From assembly GCA_965214605.1 (NCBI GenBank), contig OZ243961.1:3616001-3680000 (forward strand): 64,000 bases of DNA. The letters run 5' to 3'. Made by a program: the position numbers and the translations under genes. Each line of letters opens with the position of its first letter. Position 1 is the stretch's first letter. Below, in pieces: positions 59,800 through 64,000 of this stretch. The notes beneath the pieces were generated by a model. The model was not told where the DNA came from and made no database searches. It saw only the letters and a list, made by a program, of their open reading frames with translations. This stretch comes from an uncultured Candidatus Binatia bacterium. Its GTDB lineage: Bacteria; Desulfobacterota; Binatia; Bin18.

Positions 59800-60400
59800 C
59801 GCATCGGGCAGCTTCTCTGAGCGGGTAAGGGTAATGAGCGAGACTGGCAACGGAGCCAAGATGAACGCTGGGCTGGACGATAAACCGGAGTAGGTCTATG
59901 TTTTCGGCGCCGACAAGATCGGCGTTTTTTGTCCCTGGGATAAACCACGTCTGATACTTCTGGGTCAGCGTGCCTGTCGTGTCGAGTCGCGCGAGCGTGT
60001 TGTCCACTGACTACTTTCGTGATGACGTCCATCAGCGGGGTTTCGCCCGATGAAGCACGCGCGTTGACAGAGGCCCCTTCGGTCAAGCCCCGCTCGAGAC
60101 TGTCTGCATATAAACAGGCCGCTCCATTCGCTGCAGAGACTCTCCGTGCGCGATATGAAGGAGAACATGGCTGAGCCCGCTGGCCAGAATGTAGACACAG
60201 GAGTGTTCCATTTCCAGCAGCCGGGTGCGTTCTTGCTGTAAGCCACACTCAGAGGGTGGGGGGCGGCGTGGCTCGCGTAGGTGTTCCATTTCCAGCAGCC
60301 GGGTGCGTTCTTGCTGTGGGAGTTCCGGACGGAGATATAGTTGCCAGTGATTGAATCAGATATGGATGGGGAGGGCAGGCTGCGCTTGGGGATACCGGCC
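59800..60400 (-). pseudogene. probable ankyrin-repeat protein remnant
   Basis: LTEGASVNARASSGETPLM ankyrin-like segment within broken frames; boundaries approximate. Confidence 0.45.
60203..60317. repeat. perfect 37-bp direct repeat, 2 copies, 78-bp period
   Basis: GTGTTCCATTTCCAGCAGCCGGGTGCGTTCTTGCTGT at 60203-60239 and 60281-60317. Confidence 0.9.
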
Positions 60401-60673
60401 ACTGTGTATCGCTGGAAGGGGCAGAGCAGAGAGCATATGACGCGTCTCTCCTATGTGAGCGCGAGAGGCCGGTCTACCAACATCTCCCCGATCTCCTCAA
60501 GTCTTGGCCCAGAGAGCAAAGACGGGTGGCTCCTGTGCTCAGCCGTCGATTTTAGTGCGCACCAATTCAGAGTTCTGCATGGTGAAGCCTCCGAACGGGA
60601 GGGCCGTTTTCGATGCCGGAGCCTCGGTTGCCGGGACTCCCCGGTTTGACTGCCTGTCCATGATCGTGCCGTC

Positions 60674-63332
60674 CTCCCACTCGAAGCCGGTCCGCAGGTA
60701 GTAGAAGCCGCCGTCATAGCCATGAGGTGTGGGGGTATTTCTGGCCAGAGGCGCGGACGTAAGGGTTTTTGGTCGGATAGGCATCGAGCAGATTTTGCGC
60801 GCCGGCGGCCAGCGTCAGGCCAAGATCGAACAAGGTGTACGAGACTTCGAGGTCGAGCAGGGCCCGGGCATGCGTGTAGATGGGCTGGGCCTCGTTATTC
60901 TGATGTCGCTCGGTGAAGCCGCCATAATAGTTGCAGCCGGGAGAGAAGCCGCCACGGCCTCCAGGTATGGTTTGCGGTCAGCGAGAAACGAAACTCCGGC
61001 GCCAACTCCTCAAGCTGATGTTTACGCAACGAGCCGATGACGTTCGTATTGATCGAATCACGATTGATCTTGGTGTCGTTCCAGTTGCCGGCCAGGGTCC
61101 ACGTAGTCCGACCAAAGCGGCCGCGGAACAGGCTCATGGGGGAGGCGGCCACCAGGTCAAGGCCTTGAGTGTAGGTTGCAAACGCGTTGGCAGAGAACTG
61201 CACTCTAGCCCCCCGGCCAGCGTCGGTTCCCCGGACCGCCAGCGCAGTGACCTCCTCAGGGGTGACGGCCAGATCCTCACCCAAGTTGATGCGGTTTCTG
61301 CCCTCGATGTTGTAGGAGTCCAGGGTAACGGCCAGCTCGCCGAAGATCAGCACAGCGCCTAGCGAAAAGGACAGAGAGGTCTCTGGACTGAGCAGCTTGG
61401 CCCCTTGCTGCTGGGCAATCGGATCATCGGCAGGATTGAGGATTCAATGAGGTTGCCGTCATCGCCCAGGATGGTGGCGGTGTCCCGGAAGCTGGTCTGC
61501 CCCACGGTCGGGGCCGAAAGCCGGTGCCAATGGAGCCACGCACTGCCAGTAGGTCTACGAGCAGCTCCCAGCGGGCAGCTAGCTTACCGTCCGGGGTTTC
61601 ACCAATGCCCTCATGGTGCTCAAAGTGTCCCGCGGCGGTCAGCAGCAGGCCTTCGATAAGGTCGGTTTCCAGGTCGAGATAGGCCCCGAAGCTGCCTCGG
61701 TCGGCGTTTGAGGTCTCCTCGGGCCGGATGCCGGGATAGCCGGTGGTGCCGATGAAAAATCCCTGCTGGGCAAGGCCGTTCGGGTGCTGAGTCCCGTCGC
61801 ACTCGCCGGTGTCGTCCACACACCAGGCGGACTGTTCTCCGGCTTCAATTGTGAAGGCTTCTTCGCGGTACTCCAGGCCAAAGGCGACATTCAGCGGGGA
61901 GGTGAGGATACCCAGGTCGAATGGGCGGGAGAAGTCGGGATTGAAGATCTTGTCCCGCTCCTCGTAGGCGCGGCCAAAGTATTGGGTCTGTATCGCGTCT
62001 CTGAGCCGGACTCGCTGTAGATTGACGTTGTTCCAGAGGGTGTAGGTCCCGCGGTGCTGGCCGAACACTGCGCTCATGTCATAGTACCAGCCGTCAAGCA
62101 GAGAGGGGCCGCGCCACTGACCGCGCAGGCCAAAGGCGATGCTCCAGTCTCTTCCCTTGGCCCGCATCCGGGGGATGAAGCCGCCCGGAAACCGTTGGCC
62201 TAGTCAGTAGCAGTCGGGACCCAGCCGACTCAGGACGGCCTTGGCATCTTGGTGGTGCTCGCGCCCGGTGATGTCCTTGGGGCAGTCGCCGCTTTGGCCC
62301 TCCGGCGATAGGCCGGCAATCAACAGGCTGGCAGCCGGCCGCCAGCCTCCAGCAGGGCTACGGGGGTCGGTGAACACGCCCGGCCGGCCGATCGGGCTGC
62401 GCCAGTACCACGAGTCGTCGACCTCGCGTTCCATCCAGTTTCCAAAGGCGTAGAGGTGGTGATTGACGCCGAGGTTGAGCCCGAGGCTGCCGAAGAACTT
62501 ATAGTCGTACCTCACGTCCGGTGCACCCCATACGGTGGAGGCCGAGCGGCGGACATGCTCGTTACCGCTGCGAATCAACTCTCGCGCGTCGCTGCGCCGG
62601 ACACTGCGGCTGGTTGAGTCAGTGTTGGTGAATTCAAAGCTGAGGTTGGCAAAGCCAGTGTCGGTCAAGGGGAGGCCGATGTTGGCCGCCCGTGCTCACT
62701 AGGTCACCGTCGCCCTGGTAGTACTGGCCCCAGCGGGCTTCCGAGCGTGCCGCCCTCGGGGGCGTCGTGCAGGACAAAGTTGAGCACCCCGGCTACGGCG
62801 TCGGAGCCATACTGAGCCGCGGCCTCGTCGCGCAGGACTTCGACCCGTTTGCGGGCGATGGTCGGAATGGCGCTGAGATCGGCTCCGTGTGAGCCGTCGG
62901 TCAACTCGAAGGTGAAGAAGCTGATGGCCGACGAGCGGTGGCGGCGCTTGCCGTTAACCAGCACCTAGGGTGGAGTCCGGCGGCAGGCCGCGTAGTTTGG
63001 CTGGCCGGACCAGAACGTTGACGTCGCCGATGGAGTGCTGGCTGACGTTCTAGGATGGAATGGCGGCGGCCAGCAGGCTGTTCAGGTCACGCACGCCGTA
63101 CTGGAAGTCGTCCGTATTCATCACGTCTACCGGCACGGGCGCATCTACGGCCGAACGGCCCAGCAGACGGGAGCCAACCACCCTGAAGGTATCGAGCCCA
63201 ACGACTGGCGCGTCCCGGTCCGTGGGCTGCTCAGCGTCTTGTGCGGTGTTCTGGGCATTGGCCTACAGTTATCAAGGTGGTGAGACTCGTGGCCCTAGCC
63301 CATTGTCGCTATCGTGGCCGCCTATGTTTCAT
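60674..63332 (-). pseudogene. TonB-dependent receptor pseudogene with many stops and frameshifts
   Basis: VVGSR..PVPVDV, LRGLPPDSTL/VLVNGKRRHRS, RVEVLRD..AQYGSDAVAGVLNF, NVAFGLEYREE, GGFYYLRTGFEW spread over different frames. Confidence 0.88.
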
Positions 63333-63429
63333 CGCGTCTCCTGCTCAACGTCCTGCTTTCGTTCCTGCCTTAGAGAGGGCAGGCCCCAACGGAGGGGCTT
63401 AGGTCTGTCATTGCCACCATGTCTCCAGC

Positions 63430-64000
63430 TTATCCCCACTCAAAGCCGGCCCGCACATAGTAGTACCCACCGTTGAACCCGTAGGGCGAGGTGACCGGGT
63501 ATTTTTCGCCAAAGACAGTAGCGCCCCGATTTTTGGTCGGATAGGTGTCAAACAGGTTTTGGACCCCGAAGGCTAGCGTGAGGCCAGTATCCAGGAAGAG
63601 ATAGGAGGCTTCCAGGTCAAGCAACGCTCGGGCGTGGGCATGGGTACGATCGCGGAGCGTAGACAGGCCTGGGAAGCTGTGGAAGTCGTCATAGTAGTGC
63701 AGCCGACTGAGGAGCCGCCATGGACCCCAACGGTGGTCCACACTGAGCGTGAAGCGGAACTCTGGATCGATCTCCTCAAGATGGGCCACATGGTAGTCAC
63801 GCAGGGCCGGGCCATGTTTATCGACCTTGGAGTTGTTCCAGTTGCCGGCAAAGGTGAACAGAGTCCTGCCGCTGAACCAGTCCAGGGGATAGGTGGCCAC
63901 CACATCAACCCCCTGGGTGGTGGAATCAAAGTCGTTGGTGAAATAGCGCACCAGGCTCAGGCTGGAGAAGTCGATACCAGCGGCCCTCAACGCGGCCCGA
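63430..64000 (-). CDS. TonB-dependent receptor, C-terminal part (continues beyond window)
   Basis: RYFTNDFDSTTQGVD, GVQNLFDTYP, SPYGFNGGYYYVRAGFEW. Confidence 0.88.
   Translation of the reverse strand, partial: RAALRAAGIDFSSLSLVRYFTNDFDSTTQGVDVVATYPLDWFSGRTLFTFAGNWNNSKVDKHGPALRDYHVAHLEEIDPEFRFTLSVDHRWGPWRLLSRLHYYDDFHSFPGLSTLRDRTHAHARALLDLEASYLFLDTGLTLAFGVQNLFDTYPTKNRGATVFGEKYPVTSPYGFNGGYYYVRAGFEWG

Overview
GC-rich Gram-negative bacterial chromosome segment. Gene content and the sirC-ccsA-hemA-hemC-cobA/hemD operon suggest a deltaproteobacterial/Binatia-like organism; this is inference. It is mostly housekeeping and catabolic genes: hisS, selC (tRNA-Sec)/selA, glmU-glmS, murJ, ftsH, cobQ, a cobalamin riboswitch with btuBFCD, heme genes, a PaoABC-like molybdoenzyme and four LLM-class flavin oxidoreductases. 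Decayed accessory DNA includes a Phd antitoxin remnant, an ankyrin remnant and a TonB-receptor pseudogene. The most striking element is a collapsed type I-C CRISPR-Cas locus (26061-28630). A frameshifted cas3 is joined directly to the 3' end of cas1, cas5/cas8c/cas7/cas4 are absent, and cas2 is broken. The leader-proximal spacer of its 3-repeat array translates as DVKDGNPNGDP(L), the signature N-terminal motif of Cas7, so the array appears to target a cas7 gene, one of the genes missing from the locus. Also notable are apparent pseudo-enzymes (a TrpC-like protein, a Ser-less alpha/beta-hydrolase paired with an LLM) and an orphan ParA plus small partner module. All protein calls come from motif recognition only; no database searches were run.
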